The notes under the pieces: model-generated
Databases searched by the model: none
Told to the model about the DNA's origin: nothing
What the model saw: only the letters and a program-made list of their open reading frames with translations
Shown here: positions 38,309-50,159 of the stretch, in pieces
Position numbering within the stretch: position 1 is the first letter of the stretch
Layout: each line of letters begins with the position of its first letter
NCBI GenBank assembly: GCA_973895155.1
Contig: OZ316898.1
Location: 20,161,292-20,225,291 of the forward strand
From: Marsupella aquatica
Lineage: Eukaryota > Plantae > Marchantiophyta
DNA: 64,000 nt
Reading direction: 5' to 3'
Translations under genes and position numbers: made by a program

Positions 38309-38400
38309 TGGATATGCTCAATAGACCCCCTCCGGGAGAAACTTTACTTGATCAGTCCCCTCCAAACTTTTTTGCCCCAATCAGCCCCCTCATTATGGCC
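38309..38400 (+). mobile_element. Mutator-like terminal sequence (single TIR) related to the MITE at 53427-53605
   Basis: GGATATGCTCAATAGACCCC...GAAACTTTACTTGATCAGTCCCCTCC resembles both arms of the 53.4-kb MITE. No partner TIR was found in the window. Confidence 0.5.
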
Positions 38401-38899
38401 CGTACCCTTTTCCCCCGTGTAAGGTCATACTGCACAGTTTTCAGCCATGCCACCACGCATGGTCGCCTCCCGTAGTTGACCAGTCGACTCCGCTGCAGTA
38501 AGGCCGCAATTACGCGGTTTTGTGTTCTTGCACTATGGTCCCTTATGAGTGTGAATACATTGTGGTTTATGTATTCAACAAAATTTCTGTTTTAGGGCGC
38601 ACATTGTCGGGGCGTGGTTTAGGGTCAAGCGCGAGAGTCATTTGTCGAGGGTGGGATCGACATTTTTCGTTGTTTTACGGAGGGGACTGAGGCATCGTTC
38701 ATGGAGGTGAGGCATCGTTTGCTGCTGGCGGCTAGCCATTTTGGGGAGGTTCATGCTTTGATCGTGTGCACATTTCATTGATCGATGCCAAAGGAGTGCT
38801 TGAGGTCTGAGTCGCGGCCCACTGCTAGGATCGAGTAGTGTTGATTCACCCCATTCTCCGAGATTTCTTTCACATTGTAACGCCTGCCAAATTGTTGGT

Positions 38900-40065
38900 G
38901 GGTTGTTTTGGTTTGGTGAGAGTGTCTCCCTTTGTTGTTCTTCAATTCCACAGGAGGATTGTCCGCCCGCCAATGTAGCCCAAGAAACTGTTTAGTCCTG
39001 CATACCATAACATGAATGATGTCTCCTGCATTATCTTATCCATCTGGTCGTAAGTTCTTCTACATTGTTCAAATTTGCATTGTTCAGATTAGTTCAGATC
39101 ATTTGCAGAGTCTCCTTGTTCTTGTGCATTTTTGTCACCATGAAATCCATGTCCTCCGGTTCTGCTGCATAGTTTGAATACGTGAATAATAGTGTAGGGC
39201 TAGGTTGCATTTGGGAGTTCAATCCTGTTCTTGAATTTGTGGCTTCAGTGGGGGCTTCAGTTTCCTCTCAAGATTTTGTGGTTGCCTGTGAGCTTTAGGC
39301 AAAGTGGACTTCACGACAGGGATTAATCTGCATCCCACTTGAACGTACCCGCCTGTCTTTGTTTCTTGGTCGAAGCACTAGGTATGATTTCAACTCTTTT
39401 TGCCTAAGTATAAATCTTGTAGCACCATTGTTTCCAAAGTGCTGAAGAAGTTATTTCTGAATGCTTCATGACGTGCATTGCATCCTGAATTTTACAAACG
39501 TGGTCTACATGTCGACAAGTTTGAATGTTGTGCGTTTGAATGCGTTTGAATGTTGTGCATGTTTCGAATACCATGACATGAATGTCTTCGAGTTCTGTTG
39601 CCTTGTTTGAATACCAAGACATCCGTGTGTTCTAGTTTTGCTTATATCTGAACTTGTTATCTTCTTGGTTTGGTCCAGCTATCATAAGAATCGCCTCTTG
39701 TTGTGCTCTTGTTGCAAACATTGATGGACTGTTTTGTTTTGGTGAGAGTATCTCCCTCTGTTGTTCTTTCAGAGGAGGATTGTCCGTCAATGTAGCCCAA
39801 GATACTGTTTCCTGCATTTTTTTGCATCTTGTTGATGCGTAGAATACCGTTACCTGAATGTCTTTGTATTCTGCAATTTTTAATCACCATCACATCCATG
39901 TCTTCCGGTTTTGGCACTGCATAGTTTCAATATTACATGGATAACAATGCAGGGACTGTTTCCATATGGCAGTTGAATCCTATCCTTGAATTTGTGAATG
40001 AAGTTTCCTCTCATGATTTTGTGGTTGCCTACAAGCTCTAGGCAAAGTGGACTTCACGATAGGGA
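38900..40065. repeat. Diverged direct repeats (~38900-39325 and ~39727-40065)
   Basis: TTTGGTGAGAGT.TCTCCCT.TGTTGTTCTT..GGAGGATTGTCCG..CAATGTAGCCCAAGA...TCCATGTC.TCCGGTT...CTTGAATTTGTG...AGGCAAAGTGGACTTCACGA.AGGGA occurs twice. Confidence 0.75.
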
Positions 40066-40624
40066 TATGTTGAAGTTGTGAGCATGAGTATAGGGACCAC
40101 TCTGCTTCCATTAAGGAGTGGAAAGAAGTACAGTTACCAGTATGCTGACTGAGCGTGGACACCCTTCCCGTGTGGTGCGGGAGTTGGTCAATAGCCTCCC
40201 TGAATGTATCTTGTGAAGCAATCATTTGGGACCAGCATTTGGTAGCAACACCATACTTCTTCTTTAGCATTGTCTTCTTCCGCAACTTTGTTTGTCTCCA
40301 TCGAAGTTGCACAGTAGATCGAAGCCGATTCCAAGAGGCCTCATGATTGTTGTCCTTCCTCACATTTGGCCCATGGCCCTTATGTTTCTTGGCAATCCAA
40401 GTGGAGAAATCGGATTTTGAATACAACCAAGGTTGGCCCGCCTCCAATAATGCAGGTGGCAACTCCAATTTGTGTGTGACGTCCATGTGGGTTTGGAAAC
40501 CAGCAAAGGAAGAGAATGACCGAGGCTTGCGAGCACCAGCTATGCAGACAAACACATGCTTGCCTTTAGCATCAACACGATGTCGGAAGTGATTCTCTTC
40601 CTCTACTACCTGAATTTTTCTCAT
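39980..40624 (-). CDS. Hypothetical 214-aa ORF with a degenerate C2H2-like motif, probably TE-derived
   Basis: FVCIAGARKPRSFSSFAGFQTHMDVTH fits C2H2 spacing except for the second Cys, and a basic region follows. No family recognised. Confidence 0.25.
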   Translation of the reverse strand: MRKIQVVEEENHFRHRVDAKGKHVFVCIAGARKPRSFSSFAGFQTHMDVTHKLELPPALLEAGQPWLYSKSDFSTWIAKKHKGHGPNVRKDNNHEASWNRLRSTVQLRWRQTKLRKKTMLKKKYGVATKCWSQMIASQDTFREAIDQLPHHTGRVSTLSQHTGNCTSFHSLMEAEWSLYSCSQLQHIPIVKSTLPRACRQPQNHERKLHSQIQG

Positions 40625-41224
40625 TCATGGCGCCATGGAAACTGAGCTTAATTGAACCTTGGTTGGGCTCAAAATCAAACCCAACCTCTCAAGCCTATGA
40701 CGTTGACCTTCGTCCTGTACTTCTTTACACTCCTTAATGGAAGCAGAGTGGTCCCTAACGCGCCACAACATCATGGCATGCTACAAACAGGAAGAGACTT
40801 GTTTTTGGATAGAATTAACTTCTGCATTCGTGTTTGTGGCAAGTTTGCTGTAAAAACTGGGACGCCATGCCATAAAAATGAATGTAAAAAAACTGACATG
40901 CAAATCAAAAGACAAAAAGATTGAGGTAAAATTGCTCCCACTAACGGTTTAATTTACATTTTGATTTTATTCAAAACATAAAATTTTCCCGGTAGCAATT
41001 TTCAATTTGACATTACTGAGTCAAATCATAATGAGAACTCACATATAATATAGTGTGAAAGATCTTGAAGCGGCGGTCCTAATGAGCTCAACATTTTCAT
41101 CATTCGATAAGAATTGAGTAAGTAATTTGAAAAATAAATTTTACTTGTGATTTTATAATCTCTAACGTGAATAGAAATCTTTGTTGTACAACCCCTGAAA
41201 TTTTGACCCCTTCCATGAGAATGA

Positions 41225-41435
41225 ACCTAATATTGACAGATTTTATCGAGTACTAAAGAGATTATGAATTTTAGAATTTCTTTAGCTTTTTAATGAACTT
41301 AACATTGATAGATTTAGTTGAGTTTTGAATAGATTATAAGTTTCCAATGTTCTCTAGCTTTCCAATGAGTGTAACATTGGGAGATTTTATCAAGTACTAA
41401 AATTGGTCATGAGTTTCTAAATTTCTCTAGCTTTC
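41225..41435. repeat. ~70-bp degenerate AT-rich tandem repeat x3
   Basis: TAA.ATTG..AGATTT...GAGT...ATTAT.A.TTT..AATTTCT.TAGCTTT occurs three times. Confidence 0.65.
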
Positions 41436-42462
41436 GATCGATTCCGAATTCCACAATTGGAAATTTGTTTCCATGAAAGTTTTTGTCTCAAACAATTATG
41501 CAAAGTTAGTGATTTGATGACACCGATATTTTCTCTCTCTTCGTCTACTGCGTGTAGGAATTGAAAAGGGATTGCTTTCAATGCAACTTGAGTGCATCTG
41601 GCATCCCTTCGGTACCGTGGAGGAAACCGTCAAGCACCGTTAATTGATGTTAATTATGGTTGCCTTGGTAAGTTTGGCAACTGTTTCAAGTGTCAAACAT
41701 TGACTTGTCCATTTTTGAGTTTTTTTTCCTTTAGATTTGGAGGTCCATCTAGGCTTCAGTTTCTAGATAACTGCCTCTAAAGTAACATGGGGTCCACGGA
41801 TTAATTGGGTTAGGTTCATAATTAGACAATAATATGGAGGCAAATAAGAGATAAATGGTGAATTGCAACATGGAAAAAACCCAAGATTGAAGTTGATTGA
41901 GACAATTAGCTCAAGAATTAGCTTTAATAATTACAAAAGTACAACCGATTCAAAATAAGGGGTGGGATAGGGGGATTGAAGCAGAATGAGCACTAATATA
42001 GAGATCTAAATTCCTTAGTCTTGATTTACATGCAGCATGCTTTGTTCACATAATCTTTGGTGATCACAAGATAAGACTCATGAACCAATGCACATAACTT
42101 CTATACAACACTTAAAATAGTTCCAATTACCTATATTTCTTTGAATTTAATAATAGTTATAGGAAGATGGAGTCCACAAACTAATTTGTATTGCCTGGAT
42201 TTACTAATTTTCCTTAATCCCTCCTCAAAAGAAGGTAAGTATAATCATGCAAAACTAATGCCTTGTAAAATATATAGAAAGAAATTGCAAAAGTCTTTCC
42301 TATCTGGCAAAAACAAGGAAGACAGGAAGTCAGGTCTTAGCACCACCCAATGGGGTATCAAACTTTGCTTTGTCGACCCTAGCCTTTAGCAATCTGCATA
42401 CTGAACTCCACCATAATTTATGTCCGTCCCCAAATCTTGACGGGGTAACCCTCGACCAAAAT

Positions 42463-45400
42463 TTACATCCGTCGCCAAATCTTGATTGGGTAACCGCCAA
42501 CTAGTAGCGGGAAGCCATTGTGCACCTTACCCCGATCAGGCCCAACTCTCTCATATCTGTAAAGATTGATAAAACTTGGAGGGTTACTTTGGTGGGAAAG
42601 CTTCAGATGTTGAGAATCATGTCCCTCGAATTTAATTAGCTAGACAAACTTGCTATAGAGAACAGGAAGTGACCACGTTGCCCTTCTCAGCACATAAATC
42701 AGAAAACACTGGACACTCATGTGCCAAATCATGCATGCGCTACGGTAGTTATCTAATGAACATGTTAAATGATGTGAATGTGTTGTCTGACTGCCCTAAA
42801 AACTCGAGTTCTACAAGATTGTTGGTGTACGAAAGGACTTACTTGTAGGTTGTGGTAAGGTGATGTAGTAGGATGGAAAAAATCAGCTTCGAGAGTTCTT
42901 CTCCCGGTCACCGATGTATCAACGGGAGATACGTATTTGGTTTCGGTGTAGCCTGGAATTTGTTTCAAATCAGCAGTCAAATTAAAGCTTGCAGAAGAAA
43001 GTACATGTCACTAGCTAGTTCGATCTCGTTCAATCAATATAGGGACGATTCAATTTGCATTCCATCACTCTGTACCTATAATTACAGGTGACACTAGCTA
43101 GCTCCAAATCTAACGTACTTTAATTAAGTTTTAGAGAACTATTCGTACAACTAATCATCCACAATATTTCAAGCTTGGGACCACAACCTACCGAAGAACA
43201 GTTCAAGCAAAGTTTAGGCCTAGTACTTCTTAGTCTACTATGTCGACTAAGGGCCACTTTACAAGACGGGTGCGGCAATTTGAGTGCTTTCTACCAGGGC
43301 TGTGACAGAGCCCAACTTTAGTGGTATGGTAGGACTCTAGACCAATCCAAGGCAGGGATCCTAGGAGGAAGCGGGCTGCCCATTTTCGCACCTCCGAAGG
43401 TCCGATAGTCTAGCGCCCGGATGAGAGTCCCAAGCCGGCTGGCCCGAGCCGATCCATACCAGAATGCAGGTTCGGTTATTCCCGCAGCTCAACTTGCCGC
43501 GCCAGTCTTCTAAAGCAAGGAGCGCCCGGGCAGGCTGAAATAACGATTGTGATTGATTCGATCATGAAAAAAGAGGGACTAAATTGCCACGCCCGTCTTG
43601 TAAAGTGGCCCTAATATTCAGATTGCTCGCAAAAAACTTACCACATTCCACGCGTACAATTTTGTATATAGTTAAACCAACAGATATATTGACAGTATAA
43701 GGGACCCCTCAAAGTCATTGGAAGTAGAGCACGACCCACAAAAGGAACACGAAGGCGTTCTAGAAAATCAGCGCTTACAAGAGCCTGCAATTTGGTACAA
43801 TTTAACTCCTATCCATGACTTCAATTTATTTGTCAAGCGTAATCTTTTCTTTTGCAATAGATTCAGTACGATCTACTCTTGAGTAAAACTTTCAACTTGA
43901 CCCTGGTACGAGTTCTTTCAAGGCCCCAAATAATTAGGAAAGCCGCAAGCATTGGACCGGCTATTACACACTCAAAAGACGAATCGATCAAATTTCCGAG
44001 TCGATATCAATTCACTCACATCAAATCGGTCGGGATTAAAAGTCATGGGATCTTGATAGTTGGCAGGATCATGGTGCACGTAGGTTATCATCGGCAGCAC
44101 TCCCCACCCCTTCGATATTAGGAAACCTGTTCATTCGATTAGGAATCTCGCTGCTTAATTCACAAGGCCTAAAACATTCTCCAGATCTTCAGTAGACTTA
44201 GACAGCGGACTGCAGTGACGAGAGTAAAATCTCATCGATACCCAGATCAACTAGTTTGAATTCAACATATAACCTCTCCAATTAACTCAACTTCATTTCG
44301 TTCATGAAATCTAGGCAGGTGGCGCTGGCACAATGGGACTATCTTGGAATTGATCTCCAGATACCCATATACATTGGAGGTGCAACAGCGAACCAGAGTC
44401 CTGGGTGCGAGGGTGGCCCTAGCTAGGCTACTGAGATATCGATCGTGACTATTAATAGTAGACCATAATCAGCTGAAAGAATGCACGAAAAAACTTTGGG
44501 GAGGATGGGAGAAATTGCTCACCGTCGTACACAACGTCTTTAGCTGCCTTTCTCGCAATTACGAAGGCGATTGAAAGGCTCCTTTGTACTTCTTGGTAGA
44601 CCTGCACACCCAAACTCCAGACTTGAACACAAATGATACTTTTCTTCCACCTTTTTCATCAATATATGCAACTGTAAACGGAACAACCCTTCTACTGAGG
44701 GTGTTGTCAAGCGCCAGCGGGGACGGCTTTCGGTCCTTCCCAAATAGCCTTCACCCTTGAGTCGTCGCTCGGCCCTGTTCTTATTTAGTATTTTCCATCG
44801 AGGACAGAGCATGTTTCAGCGTGATCGATAATTTAACAAAATTTATCTAGTAGCAATCCAGGGGGCTTTAGATTCTTTCATAGCAAATTTACGCCAAGAC
44901 GCAAAAAACATATAAATTAACCTTTCCCGTATAGACCATTTTTCTCGTATCCTCCCAAGTAAGCCTTGGCCCTTCGACGGACAGGTGGCCTTCACGAATT
45001 TCTTGTTGCTCGGCCTGCACACATTAACGCACAGAATAGATGAGAATTCATTACAGGAATGTGTATATGAGATTCTTTCATGCTCAACAAGTTCGGGGGA
45101 CTCATTTGTGAGCGAGATCACACACCGCGGAGGAGAGCCAGGTTACGAAAGGCCTTTTAGACAACGGTAGGACATAGTAAAGGTCATGGATATACACGAT
45201 TGCTTTTTGACCTTGTCGAATTGATAACATTCACAAGATCGAACAAGTGAAGAGCCAAGCAACAAATTGAAGAAATACTCTTCGGAGATAGTGTCCAACC
45301 AGAGCCCAAAAAATCAAAGTAAAACGTACCTGAATCCGGCTGAAGACATCTGGGTAGTCCACGAGAAACTTCAGTGTCCATACCAAAGTCGTAGCCGTGG

Positions 45401-47482
45401 TCTTGAAGGCAACAAACCAAGCTCCAACCATCTCGTCCATCATTTTGTCTTTAGCGAAATATTTCACCTCCTCTCCTGTTGCTTGGTCTCGAGCTTCTAA
45501 CATGATTCGTAAAATATCAAACTCAGTGTCCTCTTTGCCCATTCTGTTTTCCACGATGGATTTCATATACGACCTCAACGCGTTTCTTGCCTGTGTTCAC
45601 GACCCAATCATCAATTCTTGCTCGTGTTATGGGGGCTTTATTAGTTTTGTTAAAATCTATGCGATGGTTTTGGAGCTTGATCTCCCTTTCCGCTAAATTT
45701 AAGCCGGTGTCTAATCCTGGCTCCAAGCTTGATCTGTTAAGATGCATTCAGGGTTTATAACATCTTATCTCTATGGCCACGGTAGGCAGTCAGACGCGAG
45801 CGTCAGAAGCCAGTGATCGAGGCTGAAAACATAGTCTGAATGGTCATCCGAGATGTAGTTTGGAAGCACGTACCTGATGCCCTTTGTGGTAAGCAGTTCC
45901 TGGAAGGTTTATTGGAATAGCGCCAATGCTCGCGATCATGTTCAACAAGTTTTTCACCGCCAACTTGCCTAGCTTCTGGTGTGCTGCGGATGCCCTTAAT
46001 TCCAAGGGCAAGGTACGAGCTCGTGTCTGCAACAAGCTGTTAACGTACAAGATAAGTCGCGTTCAGGAAAGGGAGAAGATGATGCCTTGGAGACCTGCTG
46101 GGAAATGCAGCAGCAACTGCGGTTGAGATATAACTTATATCGGATACATATGAAATTTTGAGCAATCAAGGAAAACAGCCCACATACCATTTCAGTCGCA
46201 TTTCTGCCAGCAACGGTCCCATTCTCTTCCCAAGAAGATAAATTTTCAAGATTATGCTCTCCAGTGCTGGGACCATAGTCGCAAGAGAGTCTGGAAACGT
46301 GAATCTTTTGAAGAGCTTCTTGATAGCGAGATGGCGTGGGCCGTCCCCGAAAAATATGGCATCGGGTGCCACGAATGCAATATTTCCTGGATATTGCACC
46401 TTGAAGAGGTCCGGGTTTCCGCAAACAAACTTCATAAACTCGGGGGTCGTGCCAAATATGGTCTTCTGCAGAAATACAGAAGACTTGAATATGTTTCCAT
46501 ACCTGCGTCATTGACATAAAAGTTCGCAGTTTGCTCAACACTCGAACACGCTCCACGGACTTCAGGTTGTACGTTAGATATCCTATTAGAATCTAGAAAG
46601 CAAGCTGTTTGTCGCTCAAATTGTAATCCAGTACCATAATCTACAGGCGCACGGCAACTGACATCTTTTGATTCGTTCACCAAAGTTACTTTGCACATCA
46701 GTGAAACCCATCAAAATATTGTTGCTTTCGTAAATTTTTCCGACTGTAATTTAATGTACTGTAGCTAGTCGTTTAGAGAGACATTCCATTCCTACTTACC
46801 TGTGTCGGTTTCAGGTACACAGTGGTCATCAGGAACTAGGTCTTCCTGAGAGACTCAGGGGAGAAGTATCAAGGAGTAAAATCTTATTTGAGATACCAGA
46901 GGATGAGCTGGTCGGTAGGGTCTAAGCACAACTCACTATTGATTAGGATGCTAGATGGATGCGAAGGATCTCCGTCAATTGCACTTGTCAAGCAAATGAA
47001 ATGACAATGCGGGTCAAAGTGAACTGAATAGTCGGCCATAATGATACGAGTGGCACATCCCTTCGAAGCCCACATATGGCAGGATAGAAATCCTACTGCC
47101 GAGCTAGACGCTCTCATCTGCACCTTTGTACACTAGAATAAAGAAGACAGTCTGACCAGGTCGGAGTACGACTTTGGATCAAAAAATGAAACACAACGAA
47201 AAGAGTACTCCATAGTACAAGAGCACCTCTCTTCGTGACGAACGAGTATTTAAGGCTAGACCTATCCATACAAACTTACCTCTTTTCATGAGAAATCGCA
47301 AACCCGAGAGGGTCCCGGAGTATTGCTGATGTTTCTCCAATGATGGGCCAACTGTACGTGCCCTTCGGAAGCGGGGCACCGGAGTGTACACTACTTCGCC
47401 AGTGCAAGCTGTAATGCAGCACCAAGAGTGTTAACAGCCCACACAGCACCACGCTTAGAAGTATTGACAATGTGTCTGCCAT
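42463..47482 (-). pseudogene. Cytochrome P450 (CYP85 clan, CYP707-like architecture), copy A, pseudogene
   Basis: Exons 47482-47280, 46502-46188, 46036-45874, 45590-45330, 45014-44922, 44601-44523, 44126-44020, 42952-42843, 42556-42463. Relative to copy B: -1 nt in exon 2, +4 nt in exon 3, and a 9-nt deletion plus TGC>TGA at the heme Cys (42908-42910; reads YLPLIHR*PGEEL). Confidence 0.92.
43251..43611. mobile_element. PIF/Harbinger (Tourist-like) MITE, copy 2, in intron 7 of CYP copy A
   Basis: ~32-bp TIRs GGGCCACTTTACAAGACGGG.G.GGCAATTT and TAA TSDs (43248-43250, 43612-43614). The empty site with a single TAA is present in copy B (~56977). Confidence 0.93.
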
Positions 47483-50159
47483 CTCTTTAGCTGGGATTCT
47501 CGTATGGGCAAGTCTTCAATGGAGGATCAATATGTTCTTTCGCACTCACTCTTCGTCGCTCTCACTCGACAGTCTTCCATGATGTGTTGGCTGTGATAGG
47601 AACTGCGTATTGACAATATCTGCAGTTTGCAAGCTCTGCTTTAATTTATACGAAGGACTACCCGAAACTAAGCAAAGGCACGCCCATAATTACCAGTACA
47701 GTGAATCATCCTATGTGGATTGATTCCGTCCCCCCTGGTGCCTTCTTACTCCGTTTCTTGACAAAGCATCGCTCCTGAAATCAGCAGCAGCAGCAGAAGA
47801 TCGGCCCACCCGAAGATTTCCGGAATTCTGCACTCGCTGATTTCGCAGGCGCATGCGTGCAGGTACGAGCCCAGTGAAAAGGAAAATCATAAAAATTGTG
47901 AATCTACTAGATACATGGTTTGAATCTAAAGTCACAAGAGTGCTGAAACATACTCATTTTAACTCTGCGTTAATATAGGTGATTGGAAATGAATTCAGCA
48001 GGCATCTAAGTCGGAAGGCAGGAAAGAAGGGTCTGGGTCAGAGCCAGCTGCTTTTGCACTCTCAGTATTTGAGGTTATTAAAGTAATCATTTGAATTAAA
48101 ACACAGAAATGAGTTTATTGTGAAGAAATCGAGGCACATCAATCTCGGACAGCGCGGGTTGTACAAGCCATAGAATTTATATACTTAAAAATTTAAGTAA
48201 TAAATATCATGTCAGAAGCCAGATGACCAGCACAATGGTGGTCCCGGTTTGGACTTGCCCAGCAAATAGAGCCTTACAAGACCGTCAACCAGCAAGTTGA
48301 CACCCAGACCGTCCCGGTCCCCACATCCCGGTCTCCATGTTATCTTCCCGGTGTCGTCGGGGAAAGAGGATGAGAGTTGATGGTGGATTTTCAGTTTTTA
48401 AACTTTGGCATGGAATTGATGGGAAATCGAGTGTAGTTTGTGAACTAGTTTAATAGGAAGTCCTTGGGTATGGAGAATGATTAAGGACAAAGTTTTGGTT
48501 TAAAGCAAGAGACAAAATAGGAATAAAGAGGGCAAATGAAAGGAAGAGTTAAAGGCGTTTTGAAGAATTATTGCGGTAGTGACATGTGGCGTCCTGTGAG
48601 CACATGGACCATAAGGGGCAGTTTTCGAATGAGGCGCGCGGATAGGAATTCAAGGGAGGAAGAAGGCCGAATGGGGTGTGTGTGTCGTGTGGTTATTGGG
48701 AATTTTTCTGGAAAGCGAAGGAGAAAAGAGGCGTGCTGCCGATCGTTGATGCTGTGGGGAAGTTTTTCGGGTGAGCAAGGAAGAAGCGAAGCAGACAGGA
48801 TGATCGATCGGCTGATGAAGAGAAAAAGGATCTAAAAGAAGTTGAAGAAACCCTGTGAAAGAGATAACGCGAATTGAATTGAAAGCTACAAGGGAGTTCC
48901 CCGGGGAGTTCAAAGACCGAAGGCCCTGGAAGAAGAAATTTTGAGAAGTGCTTAAGGAGACAGGGAATTTTTTTTTTTAGTGTTTAGGACAGAAGTCGAG
49001 ATCCAGGGAGAGAAAAGAAAAGGCCGAACGGAAGAGAGTGTCACGGGGAATGCGAGGAGCTCGATCGAGAGGCTATGGAGAAGAAGGATTACCAAAAAAG
49101 TGCTTGGGAAGGCCGAGAGTACTGTGATCGAGAGGAGAAAGTAATGGAAGAGCTCGGATGTGAGAGATTGAATTGCAGCGAGATTAATCGGATGAACCAG
49201 AGAGCGAGGTCCTCGTGAATATTGTGGAGAAGAAGGTTTGGAGCTTAGGCTCGGAACTGAATTGTAACAGTGGAGGATGATGGTTCAAGTGAATGAATAA
49301 TCCATTAATTGGTTCGGTATTTAAATTATTTAGGGATTGTACGCTGCTGTTTCACTTAGAAGGGACTAGAAAAAGGAAGGTTGATAGAGAGGATTTTGGA
49401 GATATGGGATTTGAGGCTTCTGGCCGTAGATTTTTCTTGTTGTGGGACTGGAAAATCGAGAAGAGGGAGAATGAAGGGCAAGAGGAAGAAAGTAAGAGAA
49501 ATGAAGACATGAAAGAAGCTCGCCGGAGATTGAAGTTATGTTCGAAATGCCTAGGGGAAACCATTGATGACCTCGAGATTGAAACTTGACCATGAGACCT
49601 GAACTGAGCCGAGTCGAGACCCTAGTTGAGGAAAAGTTGATGAGAGTGGATTAGAAGACTTCAAAATGTTGTAAATCCGAAAACCTTTAAAAGGTTAAAT
49701 ACAAATAAAATGATGTGTTTCTGAAAGTTTTGATTGTAGCAAAAGTGTTTGTGAATAGAATGCATGAACTTTCAAAAACAAGAAAACTTGTGAATGGTGA
49801 AAAGTCCTTATGAATGAGAGCAAATAAGCATAAATGATGTTTACAAATGAAAGATAAATGATGAGCTTGAAAATTAATAGAAAAAGTTGACATCATGAAG
49901 AGAACTAAACTTTCTTGTTGGATCAATTGTTATTTAAGAAAACATCTTAACAAAACTCATTAAGAAGCTAAACAAATGAATAGGTTAATGTTGTTAGTTT
50001 GAATATGTTGAATACTAAAGGAAAATTAGTGTTAAGTAGAGCCTCTTAATACAAAATAATTGACACATATTAAGAAAACAGAAATAAATGAAACTAAAAC
50101 AAATGTAAGTAAGTCCCTAAAATATTAAAATAAACTAGTTTTCACACCGCTCTAAACTG

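Noticed and set aside
42908-42910. TGA at the heme Cys read as selenocysteine
   Set aside because: Land plants lack Sec insertion machinery, and the adjacent FxxG motif is also deleted, so a nonsense mutation is the simpler reading.
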